Shown here: piece by piece, positions 26,501 through 41,500 of the stretch | How the letters are laid out: every line of letters starts with the position of its first letter | Numbering within the stretch: the stretch's first letter is position 1 | From: Promethearchaeota archaeon | GTDB taxonomy: Archaea; Asgardarchaeota; Lokiarchaeia; Sigyniarchaeales; SOKP01 | Assembly (NCBI GenBank): GCA_019058295.1 | Contig: JAHPZI010000021.1 | Span: forward strand, 1-64,000 | Length of the DNA: 64,000 nt | Reading direction: 5' to 3' | Program-made: the position numbers and the translations under genes | The notes under the pieces: model-generated | Databases searched by the model: none | Told to the model about the DNA's origin: nothing | What the model saw: the letters and a program-made list of their open reading frames with translations, nothing else

Positions 26501-29500
26501 ATTGGATTTCTAAATATGATGTGACAAGGGAATATGGTACTGGTCATGATTATTATTATATGAAATTTGAGGTTCCTCAGCAAGTAAGAGAAGAACCATA
26601 CATTTTAACCATTGATTCACCAGGTACTCCTATACATAATATTTATTTAAAAGATCCACTTGAGATTAATCTTAAGGTATTACCAGAAGACCTACAACCT
26701 AACAACCCACCATATACAGAACCAATACATTTAGAGAAAGAATTATATGAATTAGAATATTCTACTCCGTTAATTCTTGAGGGCGCGGTTCTTGACGATG
26801 ATCAATATTTAGTAGAAGATGAAGTATACGATTACCAATATCAAGAAGCTTTAGATAAAACTTCCGTTTATTCGCTTAATATTATTTCTCCTTATGAAAC
26901 TCCTGACTTTATTTCAAGAAGTGAATTTGCCGTATATTACCTTAATGAAGAATTAGAAAAGGTTCCCTTATATGTTAATATTGGAGATACAAATCCTCCT
27001 CAAAATCCCATATTAAATGAGGCAAGAATTAATTATGTTGAAAATACATATATATTAACTCTTGATTGGAATGAGCCTATTCCATATGATACTAATCTAT
27101 TATTAACCTATAAAGTTTTAAAAGGAAGACCAATTTCACCTATTTCTTATAGTACTGAGGATGAGTTTGGTAGAGACAATCAAGAAAATTTAATTCCTAT
27201 TCCTTTTGCTAAATATGACATGATAGAAAAAGAATGGTTAACAGAAGGCGATTTTAAAGAAGCCTTTTTAATTGATAGAGTACAAATTTCAGAAGAATTC
27301 ACTTTTGAAGAACTAACTATTGAAGGATTCTCTGGAATAATTAAAATTTCTGGACCTAGATTTGAAGGTAATACAATTGAACATGATATTATCGGTCTTC
27401 ATGGTGTATATCTCAATGATTCTTTAAGTGATAGATATGTCGAATTGTTTGCACCAGATAATTTCACATGGTCAATTAATTCAGATGGCGATCTTGAAGT
27501 CGGAGATCTGGAAAAATTTGATGAATTAGGAGATGTCTTAATGATTACTTATTATACATATACTCCTGTTAGACTAAAGCATCCACTTCTTGACGTAGGG
27601 AATAATTTAGAATATATAAGAATAACGAATAAGACTGACTCATCCTTAATTTATGAGTTTGATCCCGAACAGTATGCTTTTTCTGGAGATGGATATACAC
27701 TTTATTTAATAGATATATTTAATTCTATTTTAAAGAATAAGCAATTTACAATTTACGACTCAATTGAGATTTCTTATCATGCTTCTTTAACTAAAAAGAT
27801 TGATCTTTCATGTAATCTACTTCTCTTATTACAAGATGGACCAAATGTTTTTGTTCCTATTGATACGGTTCCTATTGATCGTTTAGGATTTTTTGAATAT
27901 GAACAAATATTTAGTATTGATGGTCCTCTCTCATTGCCTCTTGACGGAAAAAGAATTTTGAACATGCGCCTCGTTTATCTTCCTGATAATATATTTGATA
28001 TAACTTCAAGAACTAACATAGGATTATCATATCAGCAACAATATTCGCATCGTAATAGTAATAATTGGGAGAAGACTTTTCAAGTGATTGTTATTCCTAA
28101 GAAGGTTAAGCTTTTATTAACTGATTATGGGACTCAAAATATAGTAGTCTCTCAGAAATTTAGTGAAAGTAGAGAATATGTTTTCAATCGAAATCCATTC
28201 GAGGCTTTAGAAAGCGGAGAGGAATATACTTCAATACAATTAGATGCTCTCGTTCAAGAGAACTATACTTTTTCTTTCAAATTAACTGAATACGATGATA
28301 TTGAAGATGCTTCAATCGAAGGAGCTCCTATAGAAGGGTCAATAGTTTGGCTACACATTGGTTTTATGCCAAAATCCAAATCGAAGTTTTTGAATGAAAA
28401 AGCATTAATTGAGGAATATGAGAATTTTCCATATTATGAAGCTTTAGGTACACATCCTTATGCCTCACCTTATATTTTACCTTATGGTTCAGCTAGTACT
28501 TCCGGAGGTCCGGGAATTGGTCCTAATAGAATGTTTTCAAGACCCTTAGAATATCAGTGTAATGGTATTGATAAAGATTACGGACCTTATATATGGACAT
28601 ATGGAGTAACTAATGAGTATGGTATTGCAGAGTTTAATATTAATTTTGATAAAGATTATAAAAAGGATTTTATAAAATGTTTTGGTGCAATTGAGGGAAT
28701 CACATCTGTAGATGATATGGTGTTATACATTCGAGCGTTTAGCAGTGATTTTGACTGGCAGAATATGATTATGGAAGATGAACCCGAGCATTATATCTGC
28801 TCCCAAAGTAGCAATCAAATTTTTAAAGAAGAAGATATAATTAATAATTTCGATTTCTCAAAAGTAATATTATATGATAGTACCTATTTAGAGGGAATCT
28901 GCCGACTTCATAAGAAAGATATAGCTTTAGGTGTCACAGATTATTTATCTTATAAATTACCAAATCCATCTGATCCGGATTATGAATTTGAAGAGTTATC
29001 GGTGAGCCTCTATGTTACAGAAGCAGAACCACTCCCAACCGAGGGCACTACCACACTTAAGTCTTTAACTACTATCTATAGTATCAGAGATTTAGAACCA
29101 CAACCCAAGAGCATTTTAGACGATGGAAACACTTATATGATATACGGAGAGTTTATTAATCCAGCAGGCTATACAGTAGAGGAAGGAGCATTTGAGCGAA
29201 CCATTTTTCCAAATCTTGATTCCGACGGAGCCACTATTATTTGGACAAGTGATGAGATGGCAACTTTAATCGAAAGTTTAGGTCCTGGGTTATCCACAAT
29301 TAAAATGTATGTAGGAGAATCAGATTATTATAAACCATCTCCTACAATTACGGTGCCTTTCGAGGTAGTCCCACCTAATTATGTTCGGTTTGGTGAAAAG
29401 AACTCAAAGATTGACTTAATTGATCCGTTCATAAACGCGTATGGAAATAGTTACTATGGAGCTTCAGGTATGCCATATGAATCGAATTATCCTTATTTGT

Positions 29501-32500
29501 TGGGAACATTTTGGGTTGAACCCGATTTTAGTGGACCTACAGACAAAGAAGAATTATCTGATGATGATTATGTAAATATAAGTGTTGATTGTACAATTGA
29601 TGATGAATTTGGTAATCCAGTCACTTTCCCCTTACGAGAAAACATAATGGTAAGACCAGTTAATAGAGAGGGAATTGTTGAGTTTGCATTAGGCTTAGGT
29701 CCTGAAGATGCTTTCTTAATGGGGCTCCCTTGTACTTTAAGTTTGACCTTTGATATCGGTGATAATAAAGATGAAATTTTAGCAGATGAAAGAACTGTTC
29801 AAATATATCTTTTAGATTTACGTTTGGAGACAAATCCATCCTCTTCTAATCCTACAACTATTTGGTCAATCTATGATGATCAGTTCACTTTTGTTGATGG
29901 CGATACCAACGAGGATAATGATGTGGTTATTACTAGAGATGAAGATGTTGTAAAAATTGGTTCTAAAGAGACAGGTGGCACAATAAAATTATCTGATCAG
30001 ACAGGTGATAAGACAAATGGACTTGAAATAGATTTTGTCTATGAAGTTGATAATACCGGAGATACCCCCGTCCCAACAACGAGATATGCATTAGATGAAA
30101 ATAGCGGCATATTCGATTTGTTCCAGTTATCGAACATTATAGGTCTTGCGGTAGTTGCAAGAAGAGAAGAGGGAGAGGTTGAATTTCTCTTTAATCGACC
30201 TTTTGATGATAAAGAATCATGTACCTTACAAGAGTTATCTACTATTGATATCCTTACAGATTACGAACATCCTGAAAGAAATCCAGAAGATGGAGAATTA
30301 TTTACCGTTATTTATCAATTAGAATTTGATTATGGATTAAATGATTATGGGTTAATTGAACTTGGAGTGTTAAGTCCTGAAGTTGAAATCTTACAGACAA
30401 CCATTAATTTCGATATACCTATAAAATATCTTAAACCAAGCGAAGAGACCAGATCTTCCGCATTTGTCCGTTATATAGACACATTATCTGGAATTGAAGA
30501 TTCTGGAGCTCCGATTGATCAATATTCTCTTTCTCATTCACTTGAAGGAATTACTCCTCAAGATGTTATTATATATAATTCCCAAAAATTAGAAAAAGCT
30601 TTTTGTCCTAATGAAATTATAATTGATGGTACTACTGAATTTCCAAATATTAAATTCAATTTAGATACAACTGACACCACACAAAAATTACCCACTCTAG
30701 AGGATAGTTTTACTGTTGAATATGGAATTCGTTCTCCTTATTTGCTCGGTTATGGATTCCAGAAAGTCAATAGACCTTACTCTGATTCTGTTCGATTATT
30801 ATATAGGGATGAAGACGTGGCGGACGACAGATTAATCTTGGATGGTTCGGGCGAATCATTAAAAGCTCATACTCCTACTAACACTTCTCTTTTCATTGGA
30901 TTAGATAATTCTAGTAGAGAAGTTTTATTAGAGCTTTATAGCATTCCGTTGTTCTATGCCCCTGAAATTAATTTAACATTTATTTTAGATGAGGTTGTTA
31001 TGGACCAAATTACAGACATAACAGATCATAATACACTTAAGATTGAGATTTTCTATCTTGCAGGTTATGAATATGATGTTTATTATTCTGATTTGCTTGA
31101 ATTCCCCCTTATAGCTGGTGAAATAGATCCCGTAATAAATTATAATAAAGATTTACAACCTATTTATGATTCATTTCCCGAAGGTCTTCTAGATGTATAC
31201 ATTTCAATAAGCCAGAAAGGCACGAGCGACAATTATATCCCATATATAATTCTAGAGGATTACGATTATATATGTGATGAGCATCTGGTTGAGATGTATG
31301 ATATCATGCCTCAGTTAGGTTATGGACAACTTGATGTTCGTTCTGTGATTAATACCCGACATTACTATCAATTATTCTCTTTACCATTTTTTGATTGTGA
31401 CGATTGTGGTATAGAATTACCTGATAGTCCATTTAATTTAATGGAAGGATCAACGGTCACGGTTGCTTTAGAAGGATTACCTGATTCAAAACTTGTATCT
31501 GTTGATCCAGGTGATGGGGATGATTATAGTTTTCAATATTTAGGTAATAAAGAGACAATCGAAGTAAGCGAACAAAATCACTTTATGATTCCGAACTTAG
31601 GTTTATTCACTGATACATATTTCGTCGGTCAACCTGTGGTACAAGATGGCTTTGTTAGTCTTTATGCTGGGTCTGATACTGAGGTTTCTGGAGAGAAGGA
31701 TTATTCTGATACAATTTATATAACTGCAACGGAAGGGATTGAGGATTACAGGACTAATATTGAAAATGATATTGCTACTTCTTGGGAGGATCGATATTTA
31801 TTTGCGAATCATTTACTAACAACTCATGATATTGATGTTTTTGGAGACGTGCTATATCATCAACTTTTCAATATTAATCCTGCGGGTGAAGATCCATATT
31901 TTATCGCACATGAAGATATTATAGAGCTATTTCCAGATCAGACTGATCCTTTTATCACATTTGGAATTAAAATTCCTAATGACATTAGTGTTTCTCATTT
32001 AATTTCAATAGGGAAACCTTATGATTATGTTTTATCTGCTCACGGATTTCCGATTGGGGATTATGTTGATACAACTGATTATTGTGAAGTAAAATCTAAT
32101 GAAGATTCAGGCCTCATGCTCAGCTCAGAATCACCATTACCAATAAGAGACTATAGACTTGCATATCTACCTAACGGAAGTAAATATATTTTGTTTAATG
32201 AGACAGAAACTAATATTATGTCAAATTATGCAGATAATTATGCGGGTGATGACTATTATATTATGGTAGATTATTGGGCAAATGAGAAATTTTCACACGG
32301 TTTAGATTATGATATACTAGAGTATCCAAATAATGCGACAGCTTATATCAAATGGAAATATAGATCATCTTCATCTACATCTTTTACCTTACATCCTGAC
32401 CTTAGTTCAAATTCAAGTTTTAGTGTGTATTATTCCGCACTCCAATGGGCATTTCAAGATGCAAGATACATAGATACTAAGACAGACTTAATTATTTTTA

Positions 32501-35500
32501 ACCCTACGAAAACTTCTCAGATTTCTGTTCCTTATGATGAGGATGCCACAGAAGAGACCTTTAGTATTCAAAACATCGTTCCCGAAGATCAATATTTAGA
32601 TTCCTCTATTTTCACTCATATAACAATGACAATCTGGGATGGTCAATACCCTGATTCAATTCAAGAATATAAACTTAATACTATTATTAGTGGGTTGATC
32701 GAGCCAAAGATTCCAGAGGACCCCGAAAATCCAAAGTATTATTTCTACACGCTTGATTTTGATGTTTTAAAAGATCTCCTTTCAGATGTTAAGGCAGGCT
32801 ATACAATCATCCCTTATACATATGTTAGCGTTGGCGTTCAATTCATTCCTGATCAGATGAGATATCCATTATCTACAACACCAATTAACTATCAATATCT
32901 TAACTATGAGGTTTCTGATGAAATTCCTAATCCCAGAGACTACGCAATTAAGCTTACTATTCCTGATGATGATAATTCTCCTGATGATAGGGATATATTC
33001 TATTCATATGAAGATCCTGATGATGATCACCCAAATTTTCATGATTATGTTAATAAAATTAAAGATAATTGGATTTATTTTAATGATGTTAATATACCTG
33101 ATGGTCAAGAGATATATGTCGAGTATACTTATAAACTTAGTTGCGGTCTCCTCGAAAAGAAACATTTTACTATGATTACCTATCCTTGGACGCGGGCATT
33201 TGACACCATATTAGGTGATGTACTTCAAGATACTTCAAGCGATTCTGGAATAACATATCGCGAAAGATACCGGAAAACGAGTGGAGGTTCTATAATTACT
33301 CCTTTTGAATATAGTCTTTCAGCAGAAGATACATATTCTCTTTACTTGAGTTATCGTCTCAATTCTCGAGAGAACATGGACCTAAAGATACCAATGGATT
33401 ATGCTAAATATGTTGAAATCCCTAATGATTATAATAAATATTACGTTTTTGACCTCTTTAGATATGGTTTTGAAGCGTATCTTGATATTGTTGAGAATGA
33501 CGAAATAGTGGTTTATTATTATAATAAATTTGGACAGAAATTCTTTTTAGATGAAAGTTTGTGGGAAATTAATTTTGAACTTAATACTATAAAAATATTT
33601 ACTGATAAGACTGGGCAAGGAGGATATGATAGAAATCCTATAACGAATCCTAATCCAAATATGCCTCATGAATTTTATGTATCATTTAATACTGGTTCAG
33701 GAGATAAGGAGTATTACACTCATAGATTTTCATACAATCCAAATGATCCAATTGAGTTTTCATTAGATGTAAGTAATTGGGAATTAAAGAACGGAGATAG
33801 ATTGGGCGTGATCCCTAATCTAGGAGGATACTACTTTATGAATGAAGATGAAAGTTCATATACAGAGATGGTTTGTCACGCCTCTCAGATTTCCTCATAT
33901 ATAAACGATGGCCAGAGCTTGATATTTGATATGCATACCGAGTTTATGGAAATGGATTATAGTGATCTGCTTCAAGATATTCGTTCGGGCGAATTCCTTT
34001 CTCTTTATATTCAAGCTAATATGATAAATTATGAAAGTTTAGAACGATTGGAGATAAATTTAAGGACATTAGGAACGCCATCGGTTATCTTTTCAACACA
34101 GGTAATGACACGAGAAGAGCTGATGATGAATGATTTTGCCATAAAGATTGATTTTCCTTTAGGTTCTCCTGATTTACAAAATATAGGATCGATTGAATTT
34201 GTCCCCATTTTCAGAACAGATGAAGAATATTCAGTTGGTGCAGAATCAGTAGGTATTCCTCATTTTCAAGATATTCAGTGGAGTGAAGAGAGCGCATATT
34301 ATGATGAAGACGGAAATAAATTTATGTCTATAATCTTGGAAGAAAAATTGATGGCTATTCCAGATGTTGCTTATTTGTTTAATACAAGACTTGATCATCT
34401 CAAACTCCCAGAAGGAGTAAAGGTCACATCATATTCTCAAAATGACGTTTTTGGGTCTGAAGAATATATCTTAGAAATTCCTAGTACTTATATTAACCCA
34501 GAGAGCCCAGAAGGAGTAAAAGAGATTTTAAGTTTTAAGGATGGAGAAAATATAATTATTCGTTATTATTCTCCAGTCGAGAAAGGCTTAAGTCTTACAA
34601 TCGGAAAATTATATTTTGATAGTAAGCCATATGGCTATGATTCCGAGAATCCAGTCGCAGAATTTATGCTAGTAAACGCAGACAATTCCTCTGATTATTT
34701 GAATTTTACAGATAATTATTATTTATCAATTCCAATAGATATGACTCCATTTAATACGGAGTTTATGGGCTCATATAAAGCAATAAGATATGACTTTAAT
34801 TTAATAGACAATCTTAAAGGTTCTTTTGGAGATGCTGAAGTTGTCGGTACTCATGGAACTAATATAAGATTTGTCGATGAGGCTGAACTTTATGATGCAG
34901 AATGTATTATTATTGATGAATGGCAAGGAAAAGAGAAAGTTATTAGACTTCAAGGAGATGGGTCTGCTACTGGAGAGATGCCTTACATTGGTCATAGAAG
35001 GATTCAAGACACTTCAGGAACCATCGAGTTTTTGATTGGGTCTAATGACGTTTCTTCGAATTATGTATTTGGGGTAGGTGAGGAGGGAGTTGCTTTTGTC
35101 GGGCTTATCTGGATTCAAGGCTCATATTTATATTACCAAGATGAGAATTTTGATCTTCAAAAGATTCAAGATGATCCGATTCAGAATAATGTCTTTTATC
35201 ACATTAAAATAGAATACCATGACACTACTAACACTTGGGATATTTATGTAGATAACATGATTGTTCCAGAGGTTGAGGGTGCTCTAACTACTATGCCTCA
35301 AGTTGACGGAGTTGATGGTTTTATGCTCCAAAATCAAGGGGATTCATCAGATTATCTTTATTTGACCGATTATAAAGATGATCAAGGCTTTAATTGGGGA
35401 GAATTAATTCAAGTTGATGAAGTTGATGATTTCTCTCATATTGTTATTTCAATGCCTTATCTTTCTGATGAATTAACATTAGATTCAATGATTATTCAGC

Positions 35501-38500
35501 GAAATACAGAAGATATATCCCCCGACTATATTGCAACTGATGAGAGGGTTTGGGAATATACATCTTTAAAGACATTCATCTCAGGAGAGGATCCTTCGAC
35601 TGATGAATATTATTTTAATATCCCATCAGATATTTTCGGAGGTGAAGATTGGTTAGATTACTTACTCATTTCAGATGAGAATTATAACCATTATCAAGCA
35701 ATTATTGTAGAAAATGATGATCCTGAGAAAAATACAGACGATTATCAATTAATTTGGAATCCTTCAGGCGGGTATTTTGAATGGAATGATGGATTTGATA
35801 AGTATTCTGAATATTTTGGCATGTTAATTGAAGCACCAGAAATAATAGAGAACAATACAGAACTGAGCATAGAGTATTGTGTAGAAGATTCTTGGAAGGA
35901 GCCAATAATTCTTAGCTATCCAAATATAGTTTATGATACTGTTGATATAATTTATGATTATGACTCTTTACTAACACCTCATTACGAAGAATGGTATGGT
36001 GAATTTCACGAAAATTCAGACTATGATTATGAAGTTGTCCAATATTATCCAATAAAATTTACGATATATACCGAAATCAATGATTATACACTTAATATAG
36101 AAGAAAAGCTTGGGATAGAGGATTTATCCACTAATGATTTTATCAATTTGTCCATTTGTAAGGTTACTGGTCTTAATGCTACTTTAGATGATACAATACT
36201 TGATTGGTCTTACGACTCTACAACAAAAGATATTACTATTACTAATCCAGATCCATCAAACGGATATCTAAATCAATTTGATATTATCATAGTAACTTTA
36301 AACTTTTCAGCTGGACCTGTTTCTCATTCATCTGAAATAATCTTTTCAGATGAGTTTTATCAGACTTATTTAAGTGAGCAAACTGATACTGGATATCAAA
36401 CTCTATATGACACATTCTATGATCTTTTTTCTATTGAATTTCAATTTAAGACTACAATAGGGGAATATTTATTTGTTGCAGATTCAGAGGCAATTATTCA
36501 AGGATATGCGTTTGAACCTATCGATTATTCGAAAAATACTCTATTAACTAATGTAAATAATATTAACACGATTACCCATTATTATTATGCTTCATATCTT
36601 AGATTTGATATTTTTGAAAACGAATTCAATACAATTTATCAAGCAGATATTGATATGGATGGGACTCCCGAATATAAGCAAGAGATCGATTCGGATAAAG
36701 ACGGAAGAATTGATATAACCAAGTATGGTATTGAGGATCCAGAAAATCCTTTGGATGTACTATGGTATCTCATTATTCAAGACTATGAGACAACTTCGGT
36801 GATGAAAGAGAAAAGAGTAGAACCCGAGTCTCGTACAGAATGGTTTGATATTGATGATAAATTATTTGCCACATACAAGTTTTCATGGAAAGAATTCGCT
36901 GAGGGTATAATAGGGGATATTGAAATAGACCCAATGGAACTTATTGAAGTTCTACAAAAGGATCCCATTGCTCAATTGAAATTTTTTGCTGATATTTTCA
37001 TAGAAGGGCTGATAAATTTATTAAATACTTTAGCATCAGCATTTGGGGCGCCTGATATGGACTATTGGGCACAAAAATCTTTGCAACAATACTATGATCA
37101 GGAAACTACGATAACATCAAAGTATTATAGTATAACAACTGATAGAGATTTAGATGGATATACCGATTCTCAATATATCTATGAAATGAAAGATATAAAA
37201 ACAGATTTAGAGGTTACTAGCGTTGAAGAGACCATCTTAGCAGCTCGGCAGTATAAATTTATGGATCGCCTTTCAGAATATATAGCGAAAGTTATTGCTG
37301 AATGTTGTGATATTGTTCAATGGGTTGCTAGTCTCTGTAGTACAAGTTCTCAGTTTGATCCAAGGACTGATGGAGCAGCATTACATTTCAAGGAAGATCC
37401 TATATTTAATGATAAACTTACAAAAGAAGATTTAGAAAGAGGTCATGTTTCGCATGCCTCACTTAGTAGTTCTTTTGTTGAGTACCATAAAACCACTTTG
37501 ATGCTCTATTCCACAGAACAGGTTTCTGAAACAATTACCGTTCAAGATTGGAATCAAGGAGAGATTGAAGAAACGAGAGTATATGAAGATAAATTTTATA
37601 ATAATTATCGTGATCTTTATGAAGGAGACGATATATTAATAAAGAATCTTGCAACAAATCAACTACAATCAATTTCCTCAGATGTGGGATTTCCAGTTTC
37701 AGAACCAGAATCGCTTGAGTGGGATGTTCCAACATGGGAAGAAAGGGGATACGACTCAATACCAGTCAAATACGATTCATTAACGATTACTGGTGAAGGA
37801 GAATCTGACACAGGAGAATCCACCACAATAAATTACTATGAGAAAGAAGTCAAGATTGTAATACCAAACCGTTATTGCCTTGCTGATGATTACCTAAAAA
37901 CGATACCTGAGGAAAGAACAGATGAAGGCAATGCAGAATTTGATGTAACCGGAATTTTTATAACTCCGAATAGTGGTAAAGTGTATTATACCAGCGATAA
38001 GGAAACATACAAGAAAGGTGAAGCAAAAACTGAAGGGCATTATCTTTATTATGACTCTGATCTTAACGGTTTTTACGAAACCGTCTATATTTTAGAGCCC
38101 GAATCTGGAGGCAAATACAAAGTGATGGCAATAGGTTATAATTATGATAATGATCATAAATTCTCTCCTTATTCTAGAGTAGATACAGGTACAACCATAG
38201 AGGATTCTTTTGATAGAATCTCAGATATGACTTTCCATTTTATTAGATTCTGGAGATATCATATGGGACGCTTAAAAAATTGCGAATTGTTATTTCCAAA
38301 AGAAAATTATGATGGATATCAAGCGAGGGATACGATTTTTTCCATTTCAAAATTAGTTAATTATGAGAAAGGCACACCCAAGACAGAGCTTTTTTATGAA
38401 GTCCGGCATAAGGTATATGATGATTTATGGGAACAATATAAAGGAGATTTCTATGATAGTCTCGGTGAGCAAGTATTAATGTTAATAGTTGCTACAGGTC

Positions 38501-41500
38501 TTCAGACTGTAGTTAAGGTTGCCTTTGATCTAGCAACTTATCAGACAGCAGGTAAATGGTTTGGTAGAGCTACATTTATATTTGTTTACACTTTAATGTC
38601 GAAATATTTTATGGATAAAAAGATGCACGAAGCGCAAGCTCTGCAACGAGCTTTTACATTTCATTCTATTGAGCATGATAGACGGAATCCTAAATCTATT
38701 AATGAAAGAGCATGGGGTGATAAGCTTATCGGCGACTCAATGATTGCGGCGATCATCGGTCATCCAAATGCATATTACAGTACTGCTTTTGGCGTAAATA
38801 ATGAAAATGGACGAGAATATACTGCGGATGTTCTTGTATCGCCACCAAATCCTTATAGAATGTATGATGCTGCTGGCATTATCGCATTCCTTGGCGCTAA
38901 TATAGGCGCATCTATGGTTTCTCTATTTCCAATAGTGATCGGGACACTTGCAAACTGGATAGCAAGTATCGTAGGTGGAGAAGTTTATACGGAGGCACAG
39001 ATGCAAGATATTATTTTTAAGATGGATCCTGATATGATGGGCTCATTAGAATTCGATGATGTTAATTTAGACTATTCTCTTCTTACTAATGAATTATTTG
39101 CATTACCTTTTATTACAAGCGAAGAAAAAGGTACTCGAACATATGGCTATTTTGAGTATTCCGGTCGTGGTGGGGGTGGAGATAATTTTATGAAACAGAG
39201 TTATAGATACAATACTCTTGGGTATCTTGAACATCAAATTGAAGAAAGGACATCGGGCGATTTGGATACCATACGAGCTGTCTGTGTTAACGGCAAACCG
39301 TATTATGAATTTGTAAATTCAGGAGATCCAGAAACCTTTACGAGTTTACCAGCAAGTCCGTTATATCAACCAATTGTCTTAAGCAAGAAAAGATATAACG
39401 AATTGAATAATGAGAAATTGAAAGGACATATGTACGTTGTAGCTCGGGCGAGAGCGGCAGAAGAGACTCGTGGAATAAATCCATATGATTTAACAATTTA
39501 TGAAAAAGAATTTTATAAAGCAAAAATCCCACTAAAATATACATTTAATTATCCTATTGATTCTGTAACAATTGAAGTTAGACGAGTTCGAAACGATCGT
39601 CTTGAAGACGAAATAAAAGTAAAATCTTCATATTACGTATTAGATGGAGGACATCTTTATTTTACTGAGACTCTTGATCAGATTATAGAAGAGGATATTG
39701 ACGGATGGCGATCTTGGCAAATATATGATGATTATTATTATTTAATTCATATTGAATTTTATCGATTTGTTGCCATGGATGATTCTGAAGAACAAAATCG
39801 CCTTGCGTTAACTCAAGCCACTTCTTATGCAATTAGTGATTATTTTAACCAATATGAATATGCTGCAACCGGAGCAAGTATGATTGCCGAACTAGCTTTT
39901 ACAATTCAAATAACGACACTCTCTACTGCTATTACATATCCTTTTATGGTTCTTACTGAGTCGGCTTCGAAGGCGGCTGAAGAGAGAGGGAAGACGAAAG
40001 GATTGATAGAAGCTGGAGTTGCAGATACTGGGCAAAAAGAAATATATGAAGCTGGATATAAATGGCTTTTAAAACAATTTATAAAAATGGCATTTTCCAA
40101 AAAGACTCTTCTAAAATTTGCGAAGGCAGTAGTAATGGAGACGCTTGAAGAAATTACCATTGACTCATTATTCGAAACAGCAATACCTGAATTAGTAAAC
40201 ACTTTCGGCGGGACAGATTATATTGGACAATGGTTATCTTCTCTTGCACAATCTATAAGAGAGCAAATACCCTGGGGACGTCTTATTGGAATAAATAAAC
40301 CTGATTTGGATATTCTTCAAGTAGTTACTGATTATATGGCAAATGACGAGTCTATAACAGAGAAAGTAGCACAATATAAAATAAAATATAAAGAAGAGAA
40401 GAGTGAAGAAGCTCGTAAGAAATTACAGAAAGAATTTATAAAACAACTTGTGAAACATATGGATGCCAAGTTCAAGCAGAAAGGTATTGCTGATTTGATC
40501 CTAGATTTAATTTTGAAACAAATAAGGAAAGGAACTCTTAAAGGTTATACTTATCAACAAGCTATAATGTATTTCAATACTTGGCTGAAAGCCAATAATG
40601 CTGATCTAGTAAACAAGTTCTTAAAGATAGGACAAGATGATTTCGGAGAGATCCCTATACCAGCTATGAGTGCTGAAGCGATTGATTTTATCAGCACCAT
40701 TGTTCAGAAACTAAAACTTCCTAGAGTTGTGCAAGCTGTTGTTATCCTCAATAATCGTATGTTAAAGCATCAAGTATCTCCTGATTTGAAAGTAGCAGCT
40801 AAGATGAACGAACGTATTAAGAGTACTCTTGAGGAGACACTAGCGCCCGAATTCCGAAAGAAAAAAGAGCAAATGCATCTATTCGACAAAATTGAAAACA
40901 TGAAGCAAGGGCAATCAAGTTTAGATACTATCGATAGGGCTTCAAAAGTGGCAGAGGGCATGGAGAAAGCAAGAGCCGAACAACCTAAAGGAATTGGTGT
41001 ACGTCTTGGCGAGGCACTTAGAGGAATACAGAAACTTGCCGAGTATATAGACCCAAGATCTAGGGTAATCAGGGGGAAAACCGAAGAAAAATCAATAGGT
41101 TGGATATTTGAGCTAACGGAAGAGATGAAGAAGGCAGGGAAGATCAGAGTGAAAGACCTTTTTGCCAAGATTAGAAAGGAGCATAATGTCTTTAAGGACG
41201 CCAATGGTAATGACATCCCAATAGCAATAGAGATTTTAGGTGAGATAATAGGGGTACAGCTTGAGGTCGGGGGTGAGATTTACCGTCAGACCATTGAGAC
41301 GAAAAATGAGGATGGTAAATGGGAACAAATGACAGTTACAGGAGATACGGATTGGCAGAAGGTTAAAGATTTTCTAAACTTTAAGACTGATCCAGAGAGT
41401 ATGAAGAATAAAGAAAATCATATTATTGTTCGAGTCGCTGAGCGAGATCAGAATGGTCAATGGGTAATCTCGGGCATGCCCGAATTTACGGGAAGAGATG

